From Vicinamibacterales bacterium (GTDB lineage Bacteria; Acidobacteriota; Vicinamibacteria; Vicinamibacterales; UBA2999): a stretch of DNA of 64,000 nt. A program made the translations under genes and the position numbers. Positions within the stretch are counted from its first letter, which is position 1; every line of letters starts with the position of its first letter. The notes beneath the pieces were generated by a model. It did not search any database. It was not told where the DNA came from and saw only the letters and a list, made by a program, of their open reading frames with translations. Shown piece by piece: positions 43,605 to 53,380 of this stretch. The stretch lies in the NCBI GenBank assembly GCA_035649635.1, contig DASRJE010000193.1:12072-76071 (forward strand), given 5' to 3'.

Positions 43605-46052
43605 ATGAGTTTCGTTACAGATCTCAGGTTTGCGTTGCGCTCGCTGCTCCGGGCGAGAGGGTTGACCATCACTGTCGTGATCACCCTGGCGCTTGGTATC
43701 GGCGCCAATGCCGCCATTTTCAGCGTGGTTCGCGGCGTCCTGCTCAAGCCTCTGACCAACCGTGATGAAAATCGATTGATCTACATCCGGCAGAGCGCGC
43801 CCGGGCTCGGCGCCCCAAACGCGGCGTTCTCCGTCCCGGAGATCGACGACCTCAAGGCACGGGTCAAGTCAGTGTCCGCCTTCGGCGATTTCTCGACCAT
43901 CGGGTTCACGATGATCGGACTCGGCGAGCCTCGCGTCGTCAGTGCCGGTGTCGTCGGCGGATCGTATTTCGAGGTCATGGGGCTGCGCCCGGTGCTGGGC
44001 CGATTGATCAATGCGTCAGACGATGGGCCGCAGGCCGCGGGCGTGGTGGTGCTGACCCATCGTTTCTGGACGACGGAGTTCAAGAGCGATCCGTCGGTGA
44101 TCGGCAAGACCGTCAGGCTCGACTCGCGGGCGGCCACCGTCATCGGTGTCCTCGAGCCCTCGGTGCCCTATCCACAGGAAACGGAGATCATCGCCAACGT
44201 CGTGACCAGTCCGCACCATCTCTCAGCGACGATGGTCACCGGCCGCGTTCATCGTATGACCGAGCTGTTCGGACGCCTTGCCCCTGGCGCCGACCTCGAC
44301 GCCGCGCGCGCAGAGCTCCGCACGGCGCACGACGCCATCCGCGGTGAATATCCCGACGTGTATTCAGCGAAGGCTGACTTCCGCATCGATGCGGTGCGGC
44401 TGCGCGATCAGATCACTTCTCCGGCCAGGACGGTGCTGTGGGTGCTGCTTGCCGCTTCCGCTCTCGTGTTCGTGATCGCGTGCTCGAACGTCGCCAATCT
44501 CATCCTCGCGCGATCGGTACGACGCGAGGGTGAGCTGGCGGTGCGCGCGGCGCTCGGCGCGCGCGCGAGCGCGCTTCGTCGAACGCTGCTTGCGGAGAGT
44601 CTGCTGCTGTGCGGCACCGGCGCCGTACTTGGTGTGCTGATGGCACGACCGATGGTCGCCGTGCTATCGCGCTACGCAGCGCGATTCTCGGTGCGCGCGC
44701 TCGACGTCACCGTCGATTCCAGCCTTTTGTGGATCGGCGTGGGGCTCGCGCTGGTTGCCGCAACTCTCCTGGCGTTCGTCCCCAGGCTACCATCGGCCGA
44801 GGCGTCGAGCGGCTTCGGCCTGTCCAACGGCAGCGCCCGCTTGACGACCGGAACGAACCGACGCCTGCGCGTGTTCGCCGTGTTGCAAATCGCGGCGTCG
44901 TTCGTGCTTCTCGCAGGCGCCGGAATGTTGTTGACGACGCTTCTGGAGCTGCAGTCAGCGCAGTTGAAGCTCAACACGAGCAATGTGCTGGCACTACACG
45001 TGCCGGTCATCTCGGGCCGCGAACCGGGACAGGTCACGGCGTTCTACCAGGAAGTGCTGCGTCGTATTTCGGCGCTCCCGGGGGTTGAGCGGGTCGCCGT
45101 GGGGACGCTGGTGCCGTGGCGGGAAGCCGGCGGGTTCGGCCCGGGCTTCCAGTTCTCCGCCGAGGGCTACGCCAAGGTCGACGGCGAGGATGATCCTCGC
45201 GGACGATTCCGGACCGTCTCACCCGGCTTCTTCGCGGCCCTCGGAGCTCCGCTCATTGCCGGGCGCGATTTCAACGACGCGGATCGACGTGACTCGGAGA
45301 AAGTCGTCATCGTCAGCCAGAGCCTGGCGCAACGAATGTTTCCCAATCAGGACGCGGTGAACCGTCACGTCAGCTGGACCGATCCGGTCATGAAGTTCAT
45401 CGACGTCAGCCCGGAACCCAGACGGATCGTCGGCGTCGTTGCGGACATCGATGATGAGAATGTCGTCCCCGGCCCGGCGGTGACCATCTATCACCCTCTG
45501 GGCCAGGCTCTAGGCGGCGGAAGGCTGTTCGTGCACGCGCGGACCGATCCGTACGCGCTCGTGCCGCCGATTACGCGCATCATCAGGGAGCTCTCGGCGG
45601 ATCAACCGGTTGAAAAAGCGGCGACGCTCGACGACGTGCGCGCGGAGGTACTGGCGCCGAACCGGCTCAATGCGTTGGTCTTTGGCGGCTTTGCCGGGGT
45701 AGCACTCCTCATCGCGATCGTGGGTGTGGCAGGTGTGCTGGCCTTCTCGGTGAGCGCACGCACGCGCGAGTTCGGCATTCGGCTCGCGATCGGATCCGCG
45801 CCCAAGGATCTCTTGCAAGGGGTCGTGAAAGAGGGCGCGACGATCGCGGCCGTGGGAGTCGTGGCTGGGGTTGTCGGAGGGCTCGCACTGACACGCGCGG
45901 TCGCAAGTTACATCAACGAAGTCAGCTTACCTGGATTCGTACCGACGCTCGGCGCCGCGCTGGTTCTCGTTATTGCGGCGCTGGTCGCGTCGCTCGTGCC
46001 AGCAGCGCGCGCATCTCGTGTGGATGTCATCGACGCGCTTCGCCCGGAGTAG
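43605..46052 (+). CDS. ADOP-family duplicated MacB/FtsX-like permease
   Basis: ORF 43605..46052. DLRFALRSLLRARGLTITVVITLALGIGANAAIFSVV, plus two FtsX halves (CSNVANLILARSVRREGELAVRAALGAR and ARTREFGIRLAIGSAPKD). No padR gene lies upstream. Confidence 0.9.
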   Translation: MSFVTDLRFALRSLLRARGLTITVVITLALGIGANAAIFSVVRGVLLKPLTNRDENRLIYIRQSAPGLGAPNAAFSVPEIDDLKARVKSVSAFGDFSTIGFTMIGLGEPRVVSAGVVGGSYFEVMGLRPVLGRLINASDDGPQAAGVVVLTHRFWTTEFKSDPSVIGKTVRLDSRAATVIGVLEPSVPYPQETEIIANVVTSPHHLSATMVTGRVHRMTELFGRLAPGADLDAARAELRTAHDAIRGEYPDVYSAKADFRIDAVRLRDQITSPARTVLWVLLAASALVFVIACSNVANLILARSVRREGELAVRAALGARASALRRTLLAESLLLCGTGAVLGVLMARPMVAVLSRYAARFSVRALDVTVDSSLLWIGVGLALVAATLLAFVPRLPSAEASSGFGLSNGSARLTTGTNRRLRVFAVLQIAASFVLLAGAGMLLTTLLELQSAQLKLNTSNVLALHVPVISGREPGQVTAFYQEVLRRISALPGVERVAVGTLVPWREAGGFGPGFQFSAEGYAKVDGEDDPRGRFRTVSPGFFAALGAPLIAGRDFNDADRRDSEKVVIVSQSLAQRMFPNQDAVNRHVSWTDPVMKFIDVSPEPRRIVGVVADIDDENVVPGPAVTIYHPLGQALGGGRLFVHARTDPYALVPPITRIIRELSADQPVEKAATLDDVRAEVLAPNRLNALVFGGFAGVALLIAIVGVAGVLAFSVSARTREFGIRLAIGSAPKDLLQGVVKEGATIAAVGVVAGVVGGLALTRAVASYINEVSLPGFVPTLGAALVLVIAALVASLVPAARASRVDVIDALRPE

Positions 46053-46257
46053 CCGAACGGCGACTCCGCAGGGCGCGTCTGGGTTGGTAGATCTGCCGGG
46101 AATGCCGGTCCGACCGCCTCCGCCAACGTCCCGGCGGGTCTCCACAGCAACACCGCCCTACGGTTGCGGACGCAGGCGTAGTGTCCGGCTTTAGCCGGAC
46201 CTTGGCTGCGCGCCACTCGTCTTACGTCGCTTCCAAATCCTGCCGATAAGTGAAGAC

Positions 46258-46671
46258 GTGCAGACCTACGGTCGATGGCTCTGGGCTCTGACGGCGCTCT
46301 TCGTATTTCGCATCATTGCGCAGCCACTCGCGCTCGTGATCGATTCGCCGCTGTTGCCGCCGTTCGAGTCGTGGCATAGCGGTCTGCTGCCGTATCCATT
46401 GCTCGTCGTCGCCCAGCTTTTCATCGTGGCCTGGCTCGCGCTCACCGCCTGGCGTGTCTCGCACGATACGGTGACACCGAACCGCAAGGCTGGCAGATTC
46501 CTACTCACGATTGCGGGGCTGTACGCGGCGACGATGCTGACGCGGTTGATTCTCGGCGCAACCGTGCTGCGCGACGAGCGGTGGTTCGGGAGCCCGGTGC
46601 CGACTGTCTTTCACCTTGGCCTGGCGAGCTACCTGTTCGTATTCGGCCACCTGCATACGCGCCATGGCTAG
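46258..46671 (+). CDS. Hypothetical 4-TM membrane protein
   Basis: ORF 46258..46671 (GTG start) with four hydrophobic segments. Its stop overlaps the next gene's ATG by 8 nt. Confidence 0.55.
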   Translation: MQTYGRWLWALTALFVFRIIAQPLALVIDSPLLPPFESWHSGLLPYPLLVVAQLFIVAWLALTAWRVSHDTVTPNRKAGRFLLTIAGLYAATMLTRLILGATVLRDERWFGSPVPTVFHLGLASYLFVFGHLHTRHG

Positions 46672-47518
46672 GTTGCTGCCGTCGATTCACTACCCGGCCA
46701 CCATGGTCGGGGCATTTGCGTTGTTCGCCATGCTGCGAGCGGCCGGAATGCCCCTCATCGTCAGCACATACCTTCCCGCGTTGTCGGTCGCGGCCATCGT
46801 GACGTGGCTCGAGTTACGACAGCCAAACCGCGAGACCTGGCGTCCGCCCGCACGCGAGATCAGGACGGACCTGGTCTTTATGATCGTGGTGCAGTTGGCG
46901 ATGCCGCCGCTGGTCGGGTTCCTCTTCGCGAACGCGCTGGTCGAGCCCGCACGATCGCTGAATCTTCCAATCGCACGCGCGTGGCCCCACAGCTGGCCGA
47001 TATGGACGCAGGCGATCCTCATGGTGCTGGCGGTCGACTTCATGCGCTATTGGCTGCACCGTGCCGCGCACGAGAGCGACACGTTATGGCGCCTCCACGC
47101 CGTGCATCACTCCGTCGATCAGCTGTACTGGCTCAACACCGCGCGCTTCCACCCGATCGAGAAGGCGCTGCAGATGTGCCTCGACAGTCTCCCGTTCCTG
47201 CTCATGGGAGTCGATGCCACCGTGCTCGCGCTGTACTACCTGGCCTACGCGTCCAACGGTTTCTTCCAGCACTGCAACATCCGCTTGCGCTACGGCTTTC
47301 TCAATTACATCGTCGGCAGCGCCGAAACGCATCGCTGGCATCATTCGCGCGAGCCGCGCGAGTCCAACGCGAACTACGGCAACACCGTAATCGTGTGGGA
47401 CCTGATCTTCGGCACGTGGTTCCTGCCAACCGACCGGGCTGTCGACTCGCTCGGACTCAAAGACCCGGCCTATCCGAAGGCTTTCCTCGGGCTGATGCGC
47501 GCGCCGTTCAACAAGTAA
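46664..47518 (+). CDS. Fatty-acid hydroxylase / sterol desaturase superfamily membrane di-iron enzyme
   Basis: ORF 46616..47518 trimmed to ATG 46664. Histidine boxes HRAAH, HAVHHS and HRWHHS. Confidence 0.85.
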   Translation: MARLLPSIHYPATMVGAFALFAMLRAAGMPLIVSTYLPALSVAAIVTWLELRQPNRETWRPPAREIRTDLVFMIVVQLAMPPLVGFLFANALVEPARSLNLPIARAWPHSWPIWTQAILMVLAVDFMRYWLHRAAHESDTLWRLHAVHHSVDQLYWLNTARFHPIEKALQMCLDSLPFLLMGVDATVLALYYLAYASNGFFQHCNIRLRYGFLNYIVGSAETHRWHHSREPRESNANYGNTVIVWDLIFGTWFLPTDRAVDSLGLKDPAYPKAFLGLMRAPFNK

Positions 47519-47532
47519 TTGCAGAACCACTC

Positions 47533-49173
47533 ATGCACGCATTTCTGAGACGAGCGGCGATGCGCATCTACCGGCATCGCCATTGGCTGCCGCTCGAAAG
47601 AAACGCATCGCGACCGGACATCGCGCAACGCGAGGTGCTACGCGCGATTGTGTCCGCCAACAGCGCTACGACCTTTGGACGGGAACACGGGTTTGCCGAG
47701 ATCGACTGCGCTCGGATATTCGGCGAGCGGGTGCCCGTGCAACAGTACGAGACGCTGCGGCCTTACATCGAGCGACAACGGCGAACTGGTCAGACCGAGC
47801 TGACCGCCGAGGCGCCGCTCTTCTACGCACAGACCAGTGGAACGACCGGCACACCCAAGTACATCCCGATCACCAGAACATCACTGGCGATGCATCGAGC
47901 GGAGCAGGCGCTCTTCTCTTATCTGCAGTTCAGGGCGTGTCCGTCGGCATTCGACGGGATGGCGATGGGCATTATGGGCGCTGCCGTCGAGGGCCGGCTC
48001 GACTCGGGTCACTCGGTGGGATCGGTATCCGGTCATCTGTATGCGTCGCTCCCCCGATTCATTCAGTCCAGGTTCGTCGTGCCGCCCGCTGTGTCGACGA
48101 TCGCGGACTATGACCTGAAATACCGGGTCATCCTCCACCTCGCGCTCGCACAACCTCGCATCACGTATATCGGATCGCCAAACCCGTCGACATTTCTCCG
48201 GCTTCTCCATGTGTTGAAGATCGAGCGCGAGATGCTGCTGCGCTCGCTGGCTACAGGCCTGTCCAGCGTGACTGCAGCGCTCGATCCGTCGCTGCAGCAG
48301 CTCGTCGCGAGTCGTATGCCGGCGATGCCGGATCGCGCTGCGCTGCTGAACAAACTGCCTGAGCTCACTTACGCCAACGTCTGGCCCGACGTGAAGCTAC
48401 TCACGACGTGGACGGGTGGGAGTTGTGGCATTGCTCTGGGTGCGCTTCGAAAGACGCTTCCTGTCCAGACCCTCGTCATGGAACTTGGCTACCAGGCAAC
48501 CGAAGTTCGCGGGACGATTCCGCTCGAGGCCGAAACGCCCGGCGGGCTGCCACCCCTGGGGCACACGTTCTTCGAGTTCGTCGAGCGCTCGGCATGGGAC
48601 CGTGAGCGACCCGACTACCTCACCGTCGATCAGCTGGAGCAGGGATTTCAGTACTACGTTCTGATCACGACGCCGGCCGGGTTGTATCGCTACTTCATGA
48701 ACGATCTCGTTGAGGTCACAGGCTTCTTTCGAAAAACGCCACTCCTGCGGTTCGTCCAGAAGGGCAAGGGCGTCACGAGCCTGACCGGCGAGAAGCTGTA
48801 CGAAGCCCAGGTCATCGACGCGGTTCAAAACGAGCTCCCTCGATGCGGAGTCATTCCAACGTTCTTCGTCATGATCGCTGACGATGAGAAGATGTCGTAT
48901 CGACTGCTGGTCGAGGGGCAGGCTGGCCTGCCTGAGTCAAGCGCGGTGGGGCAGGCGGTCGACCGCCGTCTCGCGGAACTGAATATCGAATACCGCGCGA
49001 AACGTGACAGCGGCCGCCTCGCACCGTTGACGCTCGCGTGGCTCCGGCCCGGTGCGGGCGAGGCGTACAAGGCTGCCGCTGTCAGTGCCGGTCAGCGAGA
49101 GGGGCAACTGAAGCCTGCGGTCCTGCAACATCGTAAAGACCTGCTCATACCGCTGGACCAGTTCGTCGCATAA
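47533..49173 (+). CDS. GH3-family acyl-acid amido synthetase-like protein
   Basis: In-frame ATG 47533 within ORF 46804..49173 (the upstream part overlaps the hydroxylase gene). FYAQTSGTTGTPKYIP nucleotide motif, GLYRYFMNDLVEV, and RFVQKGKGVTSLTGEKL. Confidence 0.85.
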   Translation: MHAFLRRAAMRIYRHRHWLPLERNASRPDIAQREVLRAIVSANSATTFGREHGFAEIDCARIFGERVPVQQYETLRPYIERQRRTGQTELTAEAPLFYAQTSGTTGTPKYIPITRTSLAMHRAEQALFSYLQFRACPSAFDGMAMGIMGAAVEGRLDSGHSVGSVSGHLYASLPRFIQSRFVVPPAVSTIADYDLKYRVILHLALAQPRITYIGSPNPSTFLRLLHVLKIEREMLLRSLATGLSSVTAALDPSLQQLVASRMPAMPDRAALLNKLPELTYANVWPDVKLLTTWTGGSCGIALGALRKTLPVQTLVMELGYQATEVRGTIPLEAETPGGLPPLGHTFFEFVERSAWDRERPDYLTVDQLEQGFQYYVLITTPAGLYRYFMNDLVEVTGFFRKTPLLRFVQKGKGVTSLTGEKLYEAQVIDAVQNELPRCGVIPTFFVMIADDEKMSYRLLVEGQAGLPESSAVGQAVDRRLAELNIEYRAKRDSGRLAPLTLAWLRPGAGEAYKAAAVSAGQREGQLKPAVLQHRKDLLIPLDQFVA

Positions 49174-50300
49174 TGCGTCTCGAGCAACTCGCCCTCAGCG
49201 AACTCCACATCCCCTTCAGAACGACGTTTCGGCACGCGTCTGCCGAGCGTAGCGAGACCGCCAGCATCTGGGTCGAGGCACGCTCGGAGGGCTTCGTTGG
49301 CTATGGAGAGTCGTGTCCTCGTCCCTACGTCACGGGTGAGACCACCGAGTCGGCTCGCGCGTTCTTCGCCGACTTCCACGAGTCGTTACGGCAGGACATC
49401 GTGAACCTCGATTCACTCCGAAAGTGGATGACCACGCACGCCGATGCCATCGACACCAACCCGGCGGCCTGGTGCGCCGTCGAGCTCGCGCTTCTCGATC
49501 TGCTCGCCAAGATCACGGGCGAGACAGTTGAAACGCTGCTGTCGCTGCCTGTCTTGTCGGGCCCCTTTCGCTACACTGCGGTGCTCGGCGACTCCAGCGA
49601 GGCGGCTTTCGCCGCAACGGCCCACGCCTATCAGCGCCTGGGCTTTCGAGACTTCAAACTGAAACTGTCGGGCGACCTCGAACGAGACACACGGAAGCTC
49701 GCACTCCTCGATTCGGCGGACTCCACGTTTCGAGTGCGCGTTGACGCCAACAATCTGTGGGCGGATGTCCACGTCGCCGAAATGTATTTGCGAAACCTGG
49801 GAAGATCGTTCGTTGGACTCGAGGAACCGCTGATCTCGAGACGCTACGCGGAGCTTGGCCAGCTTTCTGAGGCGCTCGGATGCCCGATCATCCTCGACGA
49901 GAGTCTCACCGCCAGCGACCAGCTCCGCTTCCTCGAGGGCACGGCCGATCGCTGGGTGATCAACGTACGAGTGTCCAAGATGGGCGGGCTCCTGCGATCA
50001 CTTGAAGTCGTCTCGGCCGCCCGCGCCCGCGGCATTCCCCTTATCGTGGGCGCCCAAGTCGGCGAAACGAGCCTGTTGACCCGCGCGGCGCTCGTTGTCG
50101 CGCAAGCGGCAGGCGCTGACCTGCTCGCGCAGGAAGGGGCCTTCGGGACGTTCCTGCTCGAGCGCGACGTGTGCGAGCCGTCGCTGATGTTTGGCGCAGA
50201 CGGGATACTCGATCCGCGGACCTATCCGTTCGACACCGTGGGGTTCGGCCTTCCCCTGTCGCCTTACGGTGCGAATGGGAAGCCGCCGAAGAATACGTAA
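49173..50300 (+). CDS. Enolase-superfamily enzyme, MLE subgroup (racemase/epimerase/cycloisomerase type)
   Basis: ORF 49173..50300 (TAATG overlap with the GH3 gene). FKLKLSG (KxK), RVDANN (Asp), GLEEP (Glu), ILDES (Asp) and RVSKMGG (second Lys). Confidence 0.85.
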   Translation: MRLEQLALSELHIPFRTTFRHASAERSETASIWVEARSEGFVGYGESCPRPYVTGETTESARAFFADFHESLRQDIVNLDSLRKWMTTHADAIDTNPAAWCAVELALLDLLAKITGETVETLLSLPVLSGPFRYTAVLGDSSEAAFAATAHAYQRLGFRDFKLKLSGDLERDTRKLALLDSADSTFRVRVDANNLWADVHVAEMYLRNLGRSFVGLEEPLISRRYAELGQLSEALGCPIILDESLTASDQLRFLEGTADRWVINVRVSKMGGLLRSLEVVSAARARGIPLIVGAQVGETSLLTRAALVVAQAAGADLLAQEGAFGTFLLERDVCEPSLMFGADGILDPRTYPFDTVGFGLPLSPYGANGKPPKNT

Positions 50301-51526
50301 GCGGCTGCGAGCGTCACTAACAGATTGAACGCCTGGGCGCCAAGAAATGCGACCGCCGGGCGACCGCCATCGGTCGTCACGAGACTCGGCAAAGAGGTTT
50401 CCAGGCCGATCGACACGAACGCCATCGCAAACAGCGCCGTACGAATTGCCGTCAATGGGCCGCGCGTTTCGGCGACCGTGGCATCGCCAACCAGCCACGA
50501 AAAGACGATCGACGCAACGAGGAATCCAAACACGAATTTCGGAAAGCGTTCCCAGATCACGGCGAGGCTCGTTCGCGGCGTCTCCGATCCGTCAGGCGTG
50601 CTCCCCTTGCGTTTCATCGCCCACCAGACCGTCAGCAGAAACGCGGCGACACCAATCAGCGCGTTCTGCGACAGCTTCACGACGACGGCCGCATCGCGCG
50701 CCGCATCGCTGATCAACTCGCCGCCGGCAACGACCGCCGCACTCGTATCGAGCGTCCCGCCGAGCCAAGAGCCCGCGACCACGTCAGGCATGCCCATCGC
50801 TTTCGCCACCCACGGCATGAGGACCATCATCGGCATTGCGACGACGAGCACGAGTGATGTCACATACGACAGCTTCTTGCGATCGCCTTGAATGGCGCCG
50901 CACGTCGCAATCGCAGCCGATACACCACAGATCGACACCGCGCTCGCCAGCATCGTCGCAAACTCATCGTCGACACGAAGGCGTCGCGCCAGCCAGAACG
51001 CGAACGTCCACACGCTCAACACCACGACGAGCGCCTGAGCGATACCGAGAAACCCGGCGCGGGCAATGTCGTCGATCAGAATGCCGGCGCCAAGGACGAC
51101 GAGCCCGGTCTTGATGTAGAACTCGGTGCGGACCGCTTCACGAAGCCACGTTGGCACGGTGACGACGTGATTGACGACCAAGCCGATGGCCAACGCGAAC
51201 ACCACGTACTCGAGGCTCCACGCGGCGACCGCGGGGAGCGCGGCAATCGCCTGCGCCAGCCATGCCAGCGCTGATACGAGGAGCACGCCGGGGACAAATC
51301 GCATCAACCGCGCGCCGAGCACGACGGCGCCGATCGTCAGCGGCACCAGCACCTGCAGCCCGACTCGTATCGGATCTGTCGATCGCACGCCCGCAAGGGC
51401 AAGGGCGATGAGCGACCCGCCTACCAGGACCGAGAGCCAGTCCTCGCTGATGAGGGGTGGGCGCGCGGCAATCGACTCGCGGGTTGTGTCCGAGACCCCG
51501 GCGGTATGAGTGGCAGCTGTCTGCAT
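50264..51526 (-). CDS. YeiH/UPF0324-family (putative sulfate-exporter-type) membrane transporter
   Basis: ORF 50264..51619 trimmed to ATG 51526. It is polytopic, and ASAVSICGVSAAIATCGAI is the family motif. Confidence 0.8.
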   Translation of the reverse strand: MQTAATHTAGVSDTTRESIAARPPLISEDWLSVLVGGSLIALALAGVRSTDPIRVGLQVLVPLTIGAVVLGARLMRFVPGVLLVSALAWLAQAIAALPAVAAWSLEYVVFALAIGLVVNHVVTVPTWLREAVRTEFYIKTGLVVLGAGILIDDIARAGFLGIAQALVVVLSVWTFAFWLARRLRVDDEFATMLASAVSICGVSAAIATCGAIQGDRKKLSYVTSLVLVVAMPMMVLMPWVAKAMGMPDVVAGSWLGGTLDTSAAVVAGGELISDAARDAAVVVKLSQNALIGVAAFLLTVWWAMKRKGSTPDGSETPRTSLAVIWERFPKFVFGFLVASIVFSWLVGDATVAETRGPLTAIRTALFAMAFVSIGLETSLPSLVTTDGGRPAVAFLGAQAFNLLVTLAAAYVFFGGFPFAP

Positions 51527-51643
51527 GGGCGAGAGATTACTCCAATCGCCCGCGCCGTAGGGCGGGTCCGGCTTTAATAGACCCGCCGGTCCGAAGCGAC
51601 CATGACCCACCGGGTCCACAGAGCAGGACCCGGCCTACGAAGC

Positions 51644-52411
51644 TCAGGCCGCAGATTCGGCCTGTACGTCGTCTTTCCAGCAGAATTCGAGGATGAGGCC
51701 GCTGACGTTCAGCATGTCGCCGTCCTGCAGGATGCGACGTCCTTCGAGGCGCTCGTCGTTGATGAGCGTCTTGCCGCCGAGCGGCGTTGCAACGTAGCTG
51801 TTGCCGCTCCGGGCAATCGCGACCGCGACCGACGGTTTGAACCAGCCGCGCAGCCGGACGAGCGCCGTATCGGAGCGCCCGATCAGTGACGTATGCGCCC
51901 CGAGATCGTATTGATCCTGCTCGGAGCGTCCCGCGATGACGCGAAGGACTCCAACGCGGCGCGGTGCCGTTGCGACCGGCGTCGCCGGACGCGCGTTGAC
52001 CGACTTGGCTGCGTCGGCACGAGCCGATTCGAGCGTGGCGCGCAGCGCGCGGTGCTGCTTGGTGTCGAGATAGACCGTGTCACCGAGACTTTCGAGTGGT
52101 GCACCGGCCACAGGCTGCGGTTCGACGGCATTCTGATCGAACACGATGGAGTGCTTGCCCACGAGCACTTCGTCGCCGTGCTGGAGGACATGTCGCGTGA
52201 TCGGGCGGCCGTTGACGAACGTGCCGTTCGTGCTGCGCAGGTCTTCAAGGATGACCTGCTGTCCCTCGAGCAACACCCGCGCATGATGACCAGACACCGC
52301 GGGGTTGTCGATGATCATCGCGTTGTCCGGAAGACGCCCGATCGTCACGCCTGATCCAAGAGCGTAGTCCTTGAGGACGATACCTTCATACTGCAGCGTA
52401 AGTTTCGACAT
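51644..52411 (-). CDS. Double FHA-domain protein
   Basis: ORF 51644..52648 trimmed to ATG 52411. FHA 1: VTIGRLPDNAMIIDNPAVSGHHARV...STNGTFVNG. The second FHA is degenerate: SLIGRSDTALVRL...KTLINDERL. Confidence 0.85.
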   Translation of the reverse strand: MSKLTLQYEGIVLKDYALGSGVTIGRLPDNAMIIDNPAVSGHHARVLLEGQQVILEDLRSTNGTFVNGRPITRHVLQHGDEVLVGKHSIVFDQNAVEPQPVAGAPLESLGDTVYLDTKQHRALRATLESARADAAKSVNARPATPVATAPRRVGVLRVIAGRSEQDQYDLGAHTSLIGRSDTALVRLRGWFKPSVAVAIARSGNSYVATPLGGKTLINDERLEGRRILQDGDMLNVSGLILEFCWKDDVQAESAA

Positions 52412-53232
52412 CCTGCCCTCGTCAATGGGGTCGGGAGTGTCCTTCTTAAATGACTCCCGACCCCTTTTATCAACTGGTGCCACCATCGCCCTGTTACTTC
52501 CACGACCACGACCGTGATGTTGTCCGCGCCCCCGTTGTGGTTGGCCGTCGCGATCAGGTGATCGCAGATCTGCTGGGGCTCCTGGAACGTCTGAATCGCC
52601 TTCGCCAACTCCTCCTCGGACACCATCCGGGTCAAACCGTCGCTGCACAGCAGCACGTAATCTCCCGACTGCACCGGCACTTCGGTGACGTCGACTTCGA
52701 CAGCAGGCTCGCGACCCAGCACACGCACGAGCAGGTTTTGCTGCTCGACCGGGAGCTTCTTGCCTTCGTCAGCGAGCCCCGCCTCGATATGCGCTTCCAT
52801 CAACGAGTGATCGCGCGTGAGCGGCTCGAGCCGCTCGTTGTGCCACAGATATGCCCGGCTGTCTCCGACGTGAGCGACGCCAGCAATCTGTTCGCGGATC
52901 CACGCGCTGACCACAGTTGTTCCCATCCCGGCCTGACGCGGATCCTTCTGCGCCTGGCCGTAGATGAACTCGTTCGACTGACGAACGGCATCCAGAAGAC
53001 GCGTCGTGTGCGGCAGAAACGGCGATGACGTCGAACCCTCGCCGCTTTCGTCGCCAGTCAGTCGACGCGCAATGGCCTGGATGGCCAATTCACTCGCCAC
53101 TTCTCCAGCCGGTGCGCCGCCCATACCGTCGCAGACTACGAACAGGCCTTCCTCGGCCCGCGACATGAACGCGTCCTCGTTCTGAGGACGAACCCGTCCG
53201 GTATCGGTGCGCGCTCCGACTCGCAGCCGCAT
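52345..53232 (-). CDS. PP2C-family Ser/Thr phosphatase
   Basis: ORF 52345..53232. RTDTGRVRPQNEDAF, VVCDGMGG, LLCSDGL and GGADNITVVVVEV. Confidence 0.9.
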   Translation of the reverse strand: MRLRVGARTDTGRVRPQNEDAFMSRAEEGLFVVCDGMGGAPAGEVASELAIQAIARRLTGDESGEGSTSSPFLPHTTRLLDAVRQSNEFIYGQAQKDPRQAGMGTTVVSAWIREQIAGVAHVGDSRAYLWHNERLEPLTRDHSLMEAHIEAGLADEGKKLPVEQQNLLVRVLGREPAVEVDVTEVPVQSGDYVLLCSDGLTRMVSEEELAKAIQTFQEPQQICDHLIATANHNGGADNITVVVVEVTGRWWHQLIKGVGSHLRRTLPTPLTRAGCRNLRCSMKVSSSRTTLLDQA

Positions 53233-53380
53233 CAGTGATGGTGATTACAAGCCGTACGCCGGGATGGTCCTGAGGGTGAAAGTAGCGACCTACGAGAGAG
53301 ATACGGCCGAGCTTAGGTAGGTTTCGGACACGCGCGCGAGGGTGATCGTGAGCGGTTTTTGAACGATGGTTACAGAAGCG

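Noticed and set aside
46804-47532. A 243-codon N-terminal extension of the GH3 ORF (789 aa in the track)
   Set aside because: This part overlaps the fatty-acid hydroxylase gene in another frame and translates to Arg-rich nonsense. GH3-like sequence begins at ATG 47533.
52345-52411. A 67-nt overlap between the PP2C stop and the FHA gene start, suggesting a possible lost stop or frameshift in the phosphatase tail
   Set aside because: The PP2C catalytic domain is complete (through GGADNITVVVVEV), and both reading frames are open. A short same-strand overlap is plausible, and I cannot distinguish the alternatives from sequence alone.
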